Below, piece by piece: positions 6,158 to 13,159 of a stretch of 33,030 nt of DNA. The notes beneath the pieces are model-generated. The model worked only from the letters and a program-made list of their open reading frames with translations. It was not told the DNA's origin and searched no databases. Source of the DNA: a virus; IMG/VR virus record IMGVR_UViG_3300025860_000001; one strand, written 5' to 3'. The position numbers and the translations under genes are program-made. Each line of letters opens with the position of its first letter. The first letter of the stretch is position 1.

Positions 6158-7162
6158 ATGGCTCCAAGAAAGCGTACTAAAGGCCCAGAATGGCTACCTA
6201 GCAGATGTTACATGGGTCGAGTGTCTTATGAGTTTCACCCTAAAAGTGGTGGCTCTATTAAACTGGGTGCGCTTACAGAGCCTAAAGAAATTATTTTAGC
6301 CAAGTATTTTGCAGCACTGGCTTTGCATGAAGAACCTAAAGGGGCGTTTTCAGAACTGGTGCGTGGTTATTTTGCTGGCTCAAACTACAAAGCATTGCAG
6401 CCTCGTACTAAAAAAGACTATGCAGCATACGGGGAAAAAGTTTGCCTTGTGTTTGGAAAAGTAAATTGCCACCGCATTAAGCCCCATCACATTCGCAAAT
6501 ACATGGATAATCGTAAAAAGACTGCCTTAGTGCAAGCTAATCGGGAACATTCATTTATGAGCGCGGTGTTTTCTTGGGCTTATGAAAATGGAAGGGTAAA
6601 GATTAACCCTTGTGTTGGTGTTCGTAAATTTAAAGAAGAACCTAGAGATCGCTATATAGAGGATTGGGAATATGATGCAATGCTTGAAGAGGCCCGTAAA
6701 AACGTACCATTAATGGCGGCTGCTATGGAGATTAGCTATTGCTGTGCTGCAAGGCAGGGTGATGTTTGGGGTTTACGCAGAGAGCAATTGCGTGAAACTG
6801 GCATTTTCATTAGGCAAGGTAAAACAGGCGTTAAGCAGATAAAAGAATGGAACCCAAGATTAAGAGCCGCAGTAGACTTGGCACTATCTGTTCAAAAAGT
6901 CGTTAACATCAATTTAGTTTTCTGTGATTCAAAAGGCAATCATCCAGCACAGGGAACGCTAAGAAATTGGTTTGGCAAAGCTAAAGCCAAGGCAAAAGAG
7001 AATCATCAGGGCGCATGGGTGAATGATTTTACATTCCATGACATAAAAGCTAAATCAATTTCCGACTACGATGGAAACAAGCAAGAATTTAGTGGTCACA
7101 AAACTGCATCACAAGTTCAAACCTATGATCGCAAAATCAAAGTAGTTCCAACCTTAAAATAA
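6158..7162 (+). CDS. int: Tyrosine recombinase (phage integrase)
   Basis: 334 aa. Catalytic-box candidates are AARQGDV (Arg), FHDIKAKSISD (His-x-x-Lys variant) and GHKTASQVQTYDRK (His...Tyr). It is adjacent to attP. Confidence 0.85.
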   Translation: MAPRKRTKGPEWLPSRCYMGRVSYEFHPKSGGSIKLGALTEPKEIILAKYFAALALHEEPKGAFSELVRGYFAGSNYKALQPRTKKDYAAYGEKVCLVFGKVNCHRIKPHHIRKYMDNRKKTALVQANREHSFMSAVFSWAYENGRVKINPCVGVRKFKEEPRDRYIEDWEYDAMLEEARKNVPLMAAAMEISYCCAARQGDVWGLRREQLRETGIFIRQGKTGVKQIKEWNPRLRAAVDLALSVQKVVNINLVFCDSKGNHPAQGTLRNWFGKAKAKAKENHQGAWVNDFTFHDIKAKSISDYDGNKQEFSGHKTASQVQTYDRKIKVVPTLK

Positions 7163-7184
7163 ACCCAAATATGTATAAATATAC

Positions 7185-7203
7185 ACCACTGTATATTAGG
7201 CGA
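7185..7203 (+). repeat. attP arm repeat ACCACTGTATATTAGGCGA (copy 1), followed by further TTAGGCG units to 7225
   Basis: Exact 19-nt direct repeat of 7402-7420. ATTAGGCG/GTTAGGCG units lie at 7196, 7207 and 7217, with inverted CGCCTAA units at 7338-7352. Confidence 0.7.
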
Positions 7204-7259
7204 AATATTAGGCGGTGTTAGGCGAGTAGTGCTTACTATCGCTACAAGCCCCGTGAGAG

Positions 7260-7308
7260 TGGAGGCCGAACCCAGAATCGAACTGGGGTAAACGGATTTG
7301 CAATCTGT
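7260..7308 (-). other. attP core = 3' portion of a tRNA-Cys(GCA) gene (anticodon loop to CCA)
   Basis: The reverse complement reads ACAGATTGCAAATCCGTTTACCCCAGTTCGATTCTGGGTTCGGCCTCCA: anticodon loop TTGCAAA, T-arm CCCAG/TTCGATT/CTGGG, discriminator U and CCA. There is no matching 5' acceptor or D-arm, so this is a fragment. Confidence 0.75.
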
Positions 7309-7401
7309 TACATTAGGTATATAAAACATATACTTAACGCCTATACGCCTAACAAATATCAAGATTTAAGGCCATTTAAATAGGCGATCTGCCATTTACT
7401 A

Positions 7402-7420
7402 ACCACTGTATATTAGGCGA
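7402..7420 (+). repeat. attP arm repeat ACCACTGTATATTAGGCGA (copy 2)
   Basis: Exact copy of 7185-7203 on the other side of the tRNA-like core. Confidence 0.7.
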
Positions 7421-7535
7421 GATTAGACCCATTTTTTAGGGTGGCGCTAAATCGGCTAATTTGGCTGACTTAGAACCACCCATAATTAGTTTATAATTCT
7501 AGTCCAAACAATTAAGCTATTAAACTGGATGAAAG

Positions 7536-7568
7536 CCAGACACTTCTAAAACTATCCAGACAGTTCTA
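7536..7568 (+). repeat. Direct repeat CCAGACA(C/G)TTCTA x2, 20 bp apart
   Basis: Copies at 7536-7548 and 7556-7568 differ at one position. They sit 55-90 nt upstream of the accessory-operon promoter. Confidence 0.6.
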
Positions 7569-7622
7569 TTGCAGACCCACCTTTTTTAATTTGAGTTAAT
7601 TGACATTTATTACCGATAACCC

Positions 7623-7651
7623 TTTACATCTATCCGTTTTGTATATACAAT
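7623..7651 (+). promoter_or_regulatory. Sigma70-type promoter of the accessory operon with an overlapping palindrome
   Basis: TTTACA (7623-7628), 17-nt spacer, TACAAT (7646-7651). The perfect 10-bp palindrome TGTATATACA (7640-7649) overlaps the spacer and -10. An additional TTGACA lies at 7600-7605. Confidence 0.5.
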
Positions 7652-7712
7652 ACATATATGGGTTGAGTTAGCCCACACCGACCAAGCGGCACTTGGTACT
7701 AGGAGCAAAATT

Positions 7713-8093
7713 ATGACTCACATCGTTACTCAAGAAACAATCAAGGCTACCAAAGCATACACCGCTGCTTATATTTCTGGCTTGGTAGAAAAGCCAAGAG
7801 ATTTCATGCTCGATGATTTCGAGAGCATTCACCCGTCTGAAATGAAGATTGGCGACCACATGGGGACCCATAACTTTGTTTACGAAATTGATGAGATTAA
7901 AGTTAGCCAGCCAAATAATCTTTTTGGTCGAGAAGATAATGGCCCAGTTTATTGTGTCAGTGGCACATACGTTAGCGGCAGTTTAGAAATGTATAAATAT
8001 TTTTTAGGTGATGCTGAGAATGGTTGCGCTACAGATCACCGCTCATACGATCAGGGTAACGCACTAGCAACTTGGTCTAGATTAATTAAATAA
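7713..8093 (+). CDS. Hypothetical protein (126 aa), first accessory-operon gene
   Basis: ATG preceded by AGGAG. No recognisable motif. Confidence 0.6.
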   Translation: MTHIVTQETIKATKAYTAAYISGLVEKPRDFMLDDFESIHPSEMKIGDHMGTHNFVYEIDEIKVSQPNNLFGREDNGPVYCVSGTYVSGSLEMYKYFLGDAENGCATDHRSYDQGNALATWSRLIK

Positions 8094-8124
8094 CAATAGG
8101 GGCTTCGGCCTCTTGGGGAATATT

Positions 8125-8349
8125 ATGAAAATTGATTTAAATATTGTCACTGAACAAATCACTCAACATCGAACTATCTATCAACGTCAGAGAGAAGTTG
8201 AAGGGTTAGGATTTAGTGAGCCAAAGTGGTTTTTTTACAAGCCCGTATTAGATAATGGTAGTGATCAATCCTGTTGGAAAAGGGTTAAGAAATCACAATT
8301 AAAAGAGTTAGAGGCTACCTATCAACTTAATTTTGGTAAGGGGGCTTAG
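8125..8349 (+). CDS. Hypothetical protein (74 aa)
   Basis: Internal ATG of the TTG-initiated 8113 ORF, with GGGGAA upstream. Confidence 0.5.
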   Translation: MKIDLNIVTEQITQHRTIYQRQREVEGLGFSEPKWFFYKPVLDNGSDQSCWKRVKKSQLKELEATYQLNFGKGA

Positions 8350-8351
8350 TG

Positions 8352-9014
8352 ATGAGTTATAAAATTACTTGTAAACGCGGAAAGAATGTCACTGTTGAAG
8401 ATCGAGTATTGGTGTTAAAGATGGTGAAGCAGTGTATGACCGAACTCAACAAGCAAAAACATGAGATAGGCTTTGATGTACAAAAGTCTTTCTGGAAACC
8501 GCTTCATGTTGATATAAAGAAAAAAAGCCAAAAAAGTTATGGCTCAGAATCGCGTATTTCTATAGACGTATCTGAATATCATAAAGGTGGACGTTGGTTA
8601 AATGAATATGCAGCCTACAGATCAGACCCAGTAATAGGTGAAAGAACACAAGCGGCTACACCTGAGTCAGTATTGTTTGGCGTTGTGGCTCACGAAATAG
8701 CTCACCATGTTCAATACGCTTACGGCCCACATACTAGAATGTATAAATCAACCTGCAAGAAATCTCATGGTGATGCGTTCCAAGATATTTACAGGATACT
8801 CAGATCGACACTTGTTAATCCACAGTTAGACGCTGAGGCAGATCGTATAGACGCTGATACTTTTGAGGCTATAGAAATAACTTATAAGCTAGACCAAAAG
8901 ATATACAAAGATATGAGAGCCGCTTATAAACGAGGCGAAATTAAGCATCACGAAATTGATTTGATGTATAGAAAAACGGTTGAATCAAGCAAAGCCTATA
9001 GGAGCATCACATGA
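8352..9014 (+). CDS. SprT-like zinc metalloprotease (HExxH)
   Basis: LFGVVAHEIAHHVQYAYGPH...KKSHGDAFQDIY gives HExxH plus a downstream HG-x-x-F, as in SprT-like domains. The C-terminal ~70 aa are helical and charged. Confidence 0.6.
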   Translation: MSYKITCKRGKNVTVEDRVLVLKMVKQCMTELNKQKHEIGFDVQKSFWKPLHVDIKKKSQKSYGSESRISIDVSEYHKGGRWLNEYAAYRSDPVIGERTQAATPESVLFGVVAHEIAHHVQYAYGPHTRMYKSTCKKSHGDAFQDIYRILRSTLVNPQLDAEADRIDADTFEAIEITYKLDQKIYKDMRAAYKRGEIKHHEIDLMYRKTVESSKAYRSIT

Positions 9015-9226
9015 ATACTGAATACAATATTACGCCAATAATAACTTTTGGTTATGCAGGTCTTGGGCAAATCAAAGATAGGTTTGAAGATCGAATGGTT
9101 ATTGAAGAAGAAACGGGCGGTCTTGACGAAGGCTCTTTCTGGGTTACGTTTCGCGGTATTGATATGAAAGATATTCGTGAAATTGATAAGTTTATTAAGT
9201 CAGAACTTAATGAAGGTGACGTATGA
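9011..9226 (+). CDS. Hypothetical small acidic protein (71 aa)
   Basis: ATGA-coupled ORF rich in Asp/Glu. Confidence 0.5.
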   Translation: MNTEYNITPIITFGYAGLGQIKDRFEDRMVIEEETGGLDEGSFWVTFRGIDMKDIREIDKFIKSELNEGDV

Positions 9227-9411
9227 GTAAGCCAAAGAATCACTATGAGGCTTTAGTGCTGGCTCTAAGGCTTTCCGTTACAGCACGAACAGAAGAGTTA
9301 TCGGCTGTGGGTGTAATAATGGCTGATAGCTTTGCAGCAAAACTTACCGACATTGAGGTAGCTAGGGCCAAAAAAGAAGCAGCAGAAGCAGTGGCGGTGA
9401 TAGATGATTGA
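9223..9411 (+). CDS. Hypothetical small Ala-rich helical protein (62 aa)
   Basis: ATGA-coupled ORF. Confidence 0.5.
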   Translation: MSKPKNHYEALVLALRLSVTARTEELSAVGVIMADSFAAKLTDIEVARAKKEAAEAVAVIDD

Positions 9412-9610
9412 ATACAAGATGGGCAAAGATCAGACTCCAATAGAGTTTAGATTTGTCGTGTATTTCGACACCAATACTGATATGCAAGTAGGGTTAATGG
9501 AAGATGATGATATTGACATTATTGTTGAAAATAACCTTTTGTGGGCATACGTTGATATGCCTTGGGAAATAGACGGGTTTGTGATGCCAAAATATTTGGA
9601 GCATTTATAA
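9404..9610 (+). CDS. Hypothetical small acidic protein (68 aa)
   Basis: Overlaps the previous ORF by 8 nt. Contains MEDDDIDIIVEN. Confidence 0.5.
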   Translation: MIEYKMGKDQTPIEFRFVVYFDTNTDMQVGLMEDDDIDIIVENNLLWAYVDMPWEIDGFVMPKYLEHL

Positions 9611-9973
9611 ATGAACATTGAAAAGAAAAAAATAAGTGAAGATGTTTCAAGCATTATTTATTCTGAAAGTGATGTAATGATGTTATCTGATAAAGCAACA
9701 GCTAAAGGTTCGTACAAGTGGGAAACTAACTTAGATCATTCAACAAATAAAGAAATAAAATCGCATATTACAACGCGTGAATCAGTAACTTGGAGTAGTG
9801 AAGAGTTAAGAAAAATAATTAACCTTCGTGCTGTTGGATTGCCTTACAAGGAATGTTCTAAGTATTTTATTGAGCGATCTTCTGGTGCTTGTAGCGGCAT
9901 TGTTCAATCACAAAACCTTTATGACAAAATAGACAAAAAACGAAATCAATTAATTAAAGAAGCATTGATATGA
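9611..9973 (+). CDS. Myb/SANT-like HTH protein (120 aa), paralogue-like of 5263-5595
   Basis: VTWSSEELRKIINLRAVGLPYKECSKYFIERSSGACSGIV shows the same W-S-x-E-E...R-S-xx-AC pattern. Confidence 0.5.
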   Translation: MNIEKKKISEDVSSIIYSESDVMMLSDKATAKGSYKWETNLDHSTNKEIKSHITTRESVTWSSEELRKIINLRAVGLPYKECSKYFIERSSGACSGIVQSQNLYDKIDKKRNQLIKEALI

Positions 9974-10167
9974 GACGCAACATTCAAACACATGGAAGCA
10001 CTGGAAACACTAACGCCAGCAAAGAAGTGACTAAATCATCTGTACTAACCATGCGCTGTACTCCAACCGAAAAGGCTAAGTGGGTTAATGCTGCTAAAGG
10101 CCAAAAGTTAGCAGAATGGGTGACAGACGCACTTAATAATGAGGCAGAAAAAAGACCACATAAGTAG
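9970..10167 (+). CDS. Ribbon-helix-helix protein (65 aa), last accessory-operon gene
   Basis: VLTMRCTPTEKAKWVNAAKGQKLAEWVTDALNNE fits the RHH strand-helix-helix pattern. ATGA-coupled. Confidence 0.5.
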   Translation: MRRNIQTHGSTGNTNASKEVTKSSVLTMRCTPTEKAKWVNAAKGQKLAEWVTDALNNEAEKRPHK

Positions 10168-10193
10168 GTGGTCAAGGGTGCTGCTTGGGGGAA

Positions 10194-10592
10194 TTACTTA
10201 GCCACGCCTTTTATCTTTTCTGCTGTACGCAATCCAGCTAGTCCTAACATGGCTAGGGTTAACTCTAACATAGCGTCTAGCGGCAATTCTGGTGCGCCTA
10301 AATGCGGTGCTAACCATTGCAGAATCGGGTTAATCACAAAGGCAAACAAGAAGCCCAAGCCACACACCCACATTAAAAATGGCCTAGCCCCTGCAACAAA
10401 TGTTGATCTGTGTTGTGCTTGAACTTTGTTTATTTCAGCTTGTGCCATTTGAGGCTGCTGTGCCAGCTTAGACTTTAATAGGTCTGCTGCTGCCCTTTCT
10501 TCATCTGTAGTAATTAGATTATCTAGCACCGATCCAATGGCTGCTATCGGCTCTACAACGCTCCCACCCACTAAACTTGATAACCAGCCCAT
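10194..10592 (-). CDS. Holin, GTA-type 3-TM family-like
   Basis: MGWLSSLVGG..., a long charged helix, RPFLMWVCGLGFLFAFVINPIL, then LELTLAMLGLAGL. This architecture matches the 'holin of 3TMs for gene-transfer release' family. Last gene of the lysis block. Confidence 0.6.
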   Translation of the reverse strand: MGWLSSLVGGSVVEPIAAIGSVLDNLITTDEERAAADLLKSKLAQQPQMAQAEINKVQAQHRSTFVAGARPFLMWVCGLGFLFAFVINPILQWLAPHLGAPELPLDAMLELTLAMLGLAGLRTAEKIKGVAK

Positions 10593-10595
10593 GCG

Positions 10596-11018
10596 CTAAT
10601 CCTCTATTACCAATTCAAAGTGAGGGCGGTCACAAAACGCCCCGTCACGCCCGTAATGACCCCACAAGCCACCCCAACGCAAAGGCGTAGTATTTAACTC
10701 ACTTGAGGCTTGGAGCATAGCAGCCGCAATTACAGCAAGCATTTCGTGATCCCATGAGGCTTTACCCGTTTCTGGGTCTATTGCAAAAACGTCTACAGCA
10801 TTACCAAGCTGATGATTTGAAAGTTGCTTATACCCGTCTAATTGGCTTTTACCATCTAAGTATAAAGCGTTTTGGGTTTCTGCTGACCTGACTCCACCTG
10901 TCGCTGGCACGCCAAAATCAAAAACAGATATTTCCAAGGCGCGGTTTAAAATCAACTTTAAATCAGGGTTAAGGCCAGCTTGGTGTTTAAGGCTATTTTT
11001 TCCAAACGAATAACTCAT
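10596..11018 (-). CDS. Endolysin, peptidase M15 (VanY / L-Ala-D-Glu peptidase-like)
   Basis: Zn-ligand pattern GGVRSAETQNALY, SNHQLGNAVDV (H-x6-D) and CDRPHFEL. ATG 11018 overlaps the upstream stop (ATGA). Confidence 0.8.
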   Translation of the reverse strand: MSYSFGKNSLKHQAGLNPDLKLILNRALEISVFDFGVPATGGVRSAETQNALYLDGKSQLDGYKQLSNHQLGNAVDVFAIDPETGKASWDHEMLAVIAAAMLQASSELNTTPLRWGGLWGHYGRDGAFCDRPHFELVIED

Positions 11019-11197
11019 TTTTGCATCCCCTCTTGGAGAAAAACTAGAATTGCTGCTGCTACTGCGGCAGCTAACCATGCGCTTTTTTTAATGACGGATC
11101 GACCTACGGCTTGGTGAAATTTGTCAAACGCCTTGGTAGCTGCCATTTCTGCAATCTTGTCCATTTCGCTTTCAGTTAAAGGTGATCGCTTGTCCAT
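11015..11197 (-). CDS. Small C-terminal-TM protein (60 aa), holin/antiholin-like
   Basis: TM segment SAWLAAAVAAAILVFL. TGATG coupling to the upstream gene; located in the lysis block. Confidence 0.5.
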   Translation of the reverse strand: MDKRSPLTESEMDKIAEMAATKAFDKFHQAVGRSVIKKSAWLAAAVAAAILVFLQEGMQK

Positions 11198-11643
11198 CAA
11201 TATGTCCTCAAATAAATTGCCACGCCAAACGCACTAGCCATAATAACAATCAGAATACCGCCTACTTTGATAGCTAGGTTTAAGTTCTCTAAAGCAGCTT
11301 GCTGGCGTTTATATTTTTCTTTTGCTTGATTTTTTATTGCGTCTTTTCTGTTCCTAGCAGCTTTCGCTTGAAACGATTGCCAATCGTTCCACATACCTGC
11401 CCTACCGCAATAGATCATAAATGTCTTTAGTTCGGCTTCTTGAGATTTGATTTTTTCTAGGGCTAAAAATTCCTCTAGTTCGTTTTTTGGGCCAGACGAT
11501 GATTCAACACGTTTAGCCAGTTCAGACTTGTTATCAAAATACTTGATAACGGCTGACGAGCAATCCATAAGCTCTCGTCCTGACCCCACGAATTGCTTAA
11601 TGGTCTTGTACGCCAAGTTACATGCAGCAAGTTCAGCTAGCAT
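11197..11643 (-). CDS. Tail-anchored membrane protein (148 aa), lysis-associated
   Basis: Coiled-coil body with a C-terminal TM segment GGILIVIMASAFGVAIYL. Its position suggests a spanin-like or lysis-regulator role. Confidence 0.5.
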   Translation of the reverse strand: MLAELAACNLAYKTIKQFVGSGRELMDCSSAVIKYFDNKSELAKRVESSSGPKNELEEFLALEKIKSQEAELKTFMIYCGRAGMWNDWQSFQAKAARNRKDAIKNQAKEKYKRQQAALENLNLAIKVGGILIVIMASAFGVAIYLRTY

Positions 11644-11834
11644 TTAGCCACCCAATGTAATGTTGACATTGGCCCATGTTGTTTGTAGGCCACTATCCCC
11701 GTAATTCGTTGAACGCGCATACGTTCTGTAACGTCCACACGCTCTGTCTGTGCCTCTATAACAAGTGCCTGCCCAGAGGGAGCTAAAGTGCTTGAAAGAT
11801 GCACAGGGTATAACTCAATGGGGCTAGACCACAT
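11637..11834 (-). CDS. Hypothetical protein (65 aa)
   Basis: ATG directly abuts the upstream stop and overlaps the next start. Confidence 0.45.
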   Translation of the reverse strand: MWSSPIELYPVHLSSTLAPSGQALVIEAQTERVDVTERMRVQRITGIVAYKQHGPMSTLHWVAKC

Positions 11835-12119
11835 TTAATAGTTCTTATCCCAAACTCTGAATTTATCAAACTCCCCAGATAGCATTTTTCGCTTTAAAAC
11901 TTCTTCTGCTGCTGGATCATCAGACTTAACGCCTGCTTCTTTAAGCCACTGAGCCATAAGTGCGCGGTCAATCACGCCAATACAAACTGATTCGCCAAAT
12001 GTAGCGTTTCCATTTTCACGCATAAACGCGGCTTGCTCTAATGCAGGAGTGTAATCATGCTGTTTAACGTGAACCAACTTGTCCCCGTCTTGATAAAATT
12101 GTTCTGATATTTTAGGCAT
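11835..12119 (-). CDS. Hypothetical protein (94 aa)
   Basis: First ORF after the capsid-gene terminator. No recognisable motif. Confidence 0.55.
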   Translation of the reverse strand: MPKISEQFYQDGDKLVHVKQHDYTPALEQAAFMRENGNATFGESVCIGVIDRALMAQWLKEAGVKSDDPAAEEVLKRKMLSGEFDKFRVWDKNY

Positions 12120-12132
12120 TGCATTTTCTCTA

Positions 12133-12161
12133 TAAAAAAAAGGGGCGCAAAAGCACCCCCT
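12133..12161 (-). terminator. Rho-independent terminator after the major capsid gene
   Basis: The minus strand reads GGGGTGC-TTTT-GCGCCCC followed by T8, giving a 7-bp GC-rich stem (one G-U pair) plus a U-run. Confidence 0.75.
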
Positions 12162-12182
12162 TTGTGCATAACAAAGTTACGA

Positions 12183-13136
12183 CTAGCTTGTGGTTAGGTC
12201 GAAAACACCGCCCAAACTTGCTTCTGAACGAACTTGAAGCGTTTGCTCTGACACGATTTGACGATGTTCATTATCGCCTGTTTTCGCTAAGGCTTCGTTC
12301 TTCATTGGGCGTAAAGTAGCAATGGCTAATTTATCATGCTCAATAATATACAAATCACGCGATCTATTTTCGCGGCAGGGTTGCCATGTGACCTGTCCCC
12401 AAGGCGTCATATAAATTGCCATGTTGTTATTAACTGTGCCAACTGCACCTGTCTGACGCTGGTTGTTGTTACCAGAAAAGCTAAGTGCCTTATTCATCTG
12501 GAACGCTGAAAGGTAGACAGCATCAGGCTTTCCACCCGATACCCACGTTTTCTGCATGACATCATCAAAAAGAGCCTGCGTTAGCGCCCGTTGCGTGCCG
12601 TTGGTGCGAGGTGTTGCTCCACCTACAGAACCTGTTGGGTCTGCACCTGAACCGCCACCAAATGATGTATTGGTTTTTAGCCATGCACCTAGACCGCCAA
12701 GTTTACGGGCAGTAGTAGCGTTACCAGCTACGCGAGCAATGTTTTCAAAGATCGCTTTCTCAATGTCCAATTTTTGAACAATCGCCTCACGCAGTATGTT
12801 GTAGCTCATCTCAGAGTTTGTGCGCCCTGCGGCTTCAACTACATCGTTGGTTCCAGAGGTGATAATGCTATTCTTCATAATCTGCGTGTAGTTGCCTTCA
12901 CGCGTAGTTGGAACAATAGCTTGAGCAGAGGTTGTACTTCCCTCAATATGGGCATTATTTGCTGCATCTCGTAACGAGTTAACTTGCCATTCAAAAAAAG
13001 TGCTGCTTGCTTTTACTTTAGCGATTGCACTTACTAATGGCGTTTCTTCTGGGGAAATATCATAGATGATATTTGATAAATCTTCCCTGATACCCTTAGT
13101 ATCATATGTGTCGAATGTGTTGGCTGGTTGGCTCAT
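12183..13136 (-). CDS. Major capsid protein, SU10-type (DUF5309-like, HK97 fold)
   Basis: GIREDLSNIIYDISPEETPLVSAI...ASSTFFEWQVNSL...NAHIEGS matches the SU10 MCP N-terminal signature. Follows the scaffold gene. Confidence 0.8.
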   Translation of the reverse strand: MSQPANTFDTYDTKGIREDLSNIIYDISPEETPLVSAIAKVKASSTFFEWQVNSLRDAANNAHIEGSTTSAQAIVPTTREGNYTQIMKNSIITSGTNDVVEAAGRTNSEMSYNILREAIVQKLDIEKAIFENIARVAGNATTARKLGGLGAWLKTNTSFGGGSGADPTGSVGGATPRTNGTQRALTQALFDDVMQKTWVSGGKPDAVYLSAFQMNKALSFSGNNNQRQTGAVGTVNNNMAIYMTPWGQVTWQPCRENRSRDLYIIEHDKLAIATLRPMKNEALAKTGDNEHRQIVSEQTLQVRSEASLGGVFDLTTS

Positions 13137-13159
13137 AAATATCCTTTAAAATCAATAAT

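Noticed and set aside
7186-7200. CTGTATAT strings in the attP arms and near 7640 as LexA/SOS boxes.
   Set aside because: The required ACAG half-site 8 nt downstream is missing. They are better explained as arm-type sites or an operator palindrome.
7260-7340. Possible complete tRNA gene.
   Set aside because: Only the 3' part matches tRNA-Cys. The upstream sequence (ATATACCTAATGTAAC) has no GGCCGAA acceptor strand or D-arm.
7123-7362. 79-aa minus-strand ORF spanning the int 3' end and attP.
   Set aside because: It runs through the tRNA-Cys fragment and the arm repeats and overlaps the int stop. There are no coding signals, and the region is better explained as attP.
8098-8113. AGGGGC-TTCG-GCCTCT hairpin after gene 7713-8093 as a terminator.
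   Set aside because: It has a 6-bp stem with a UUCG loop but no following U-run (TGGGG follows). It overlaps the start region of the next gene, so it is at most an RNA-stability or attenuating element.
10168-10422. 84-aa + strand ORF continuing after the accessory operon.
   Set aside because: It is antisense to the well-supported holin gene, starts on a non-ATG codon and has a low-complexity translation.
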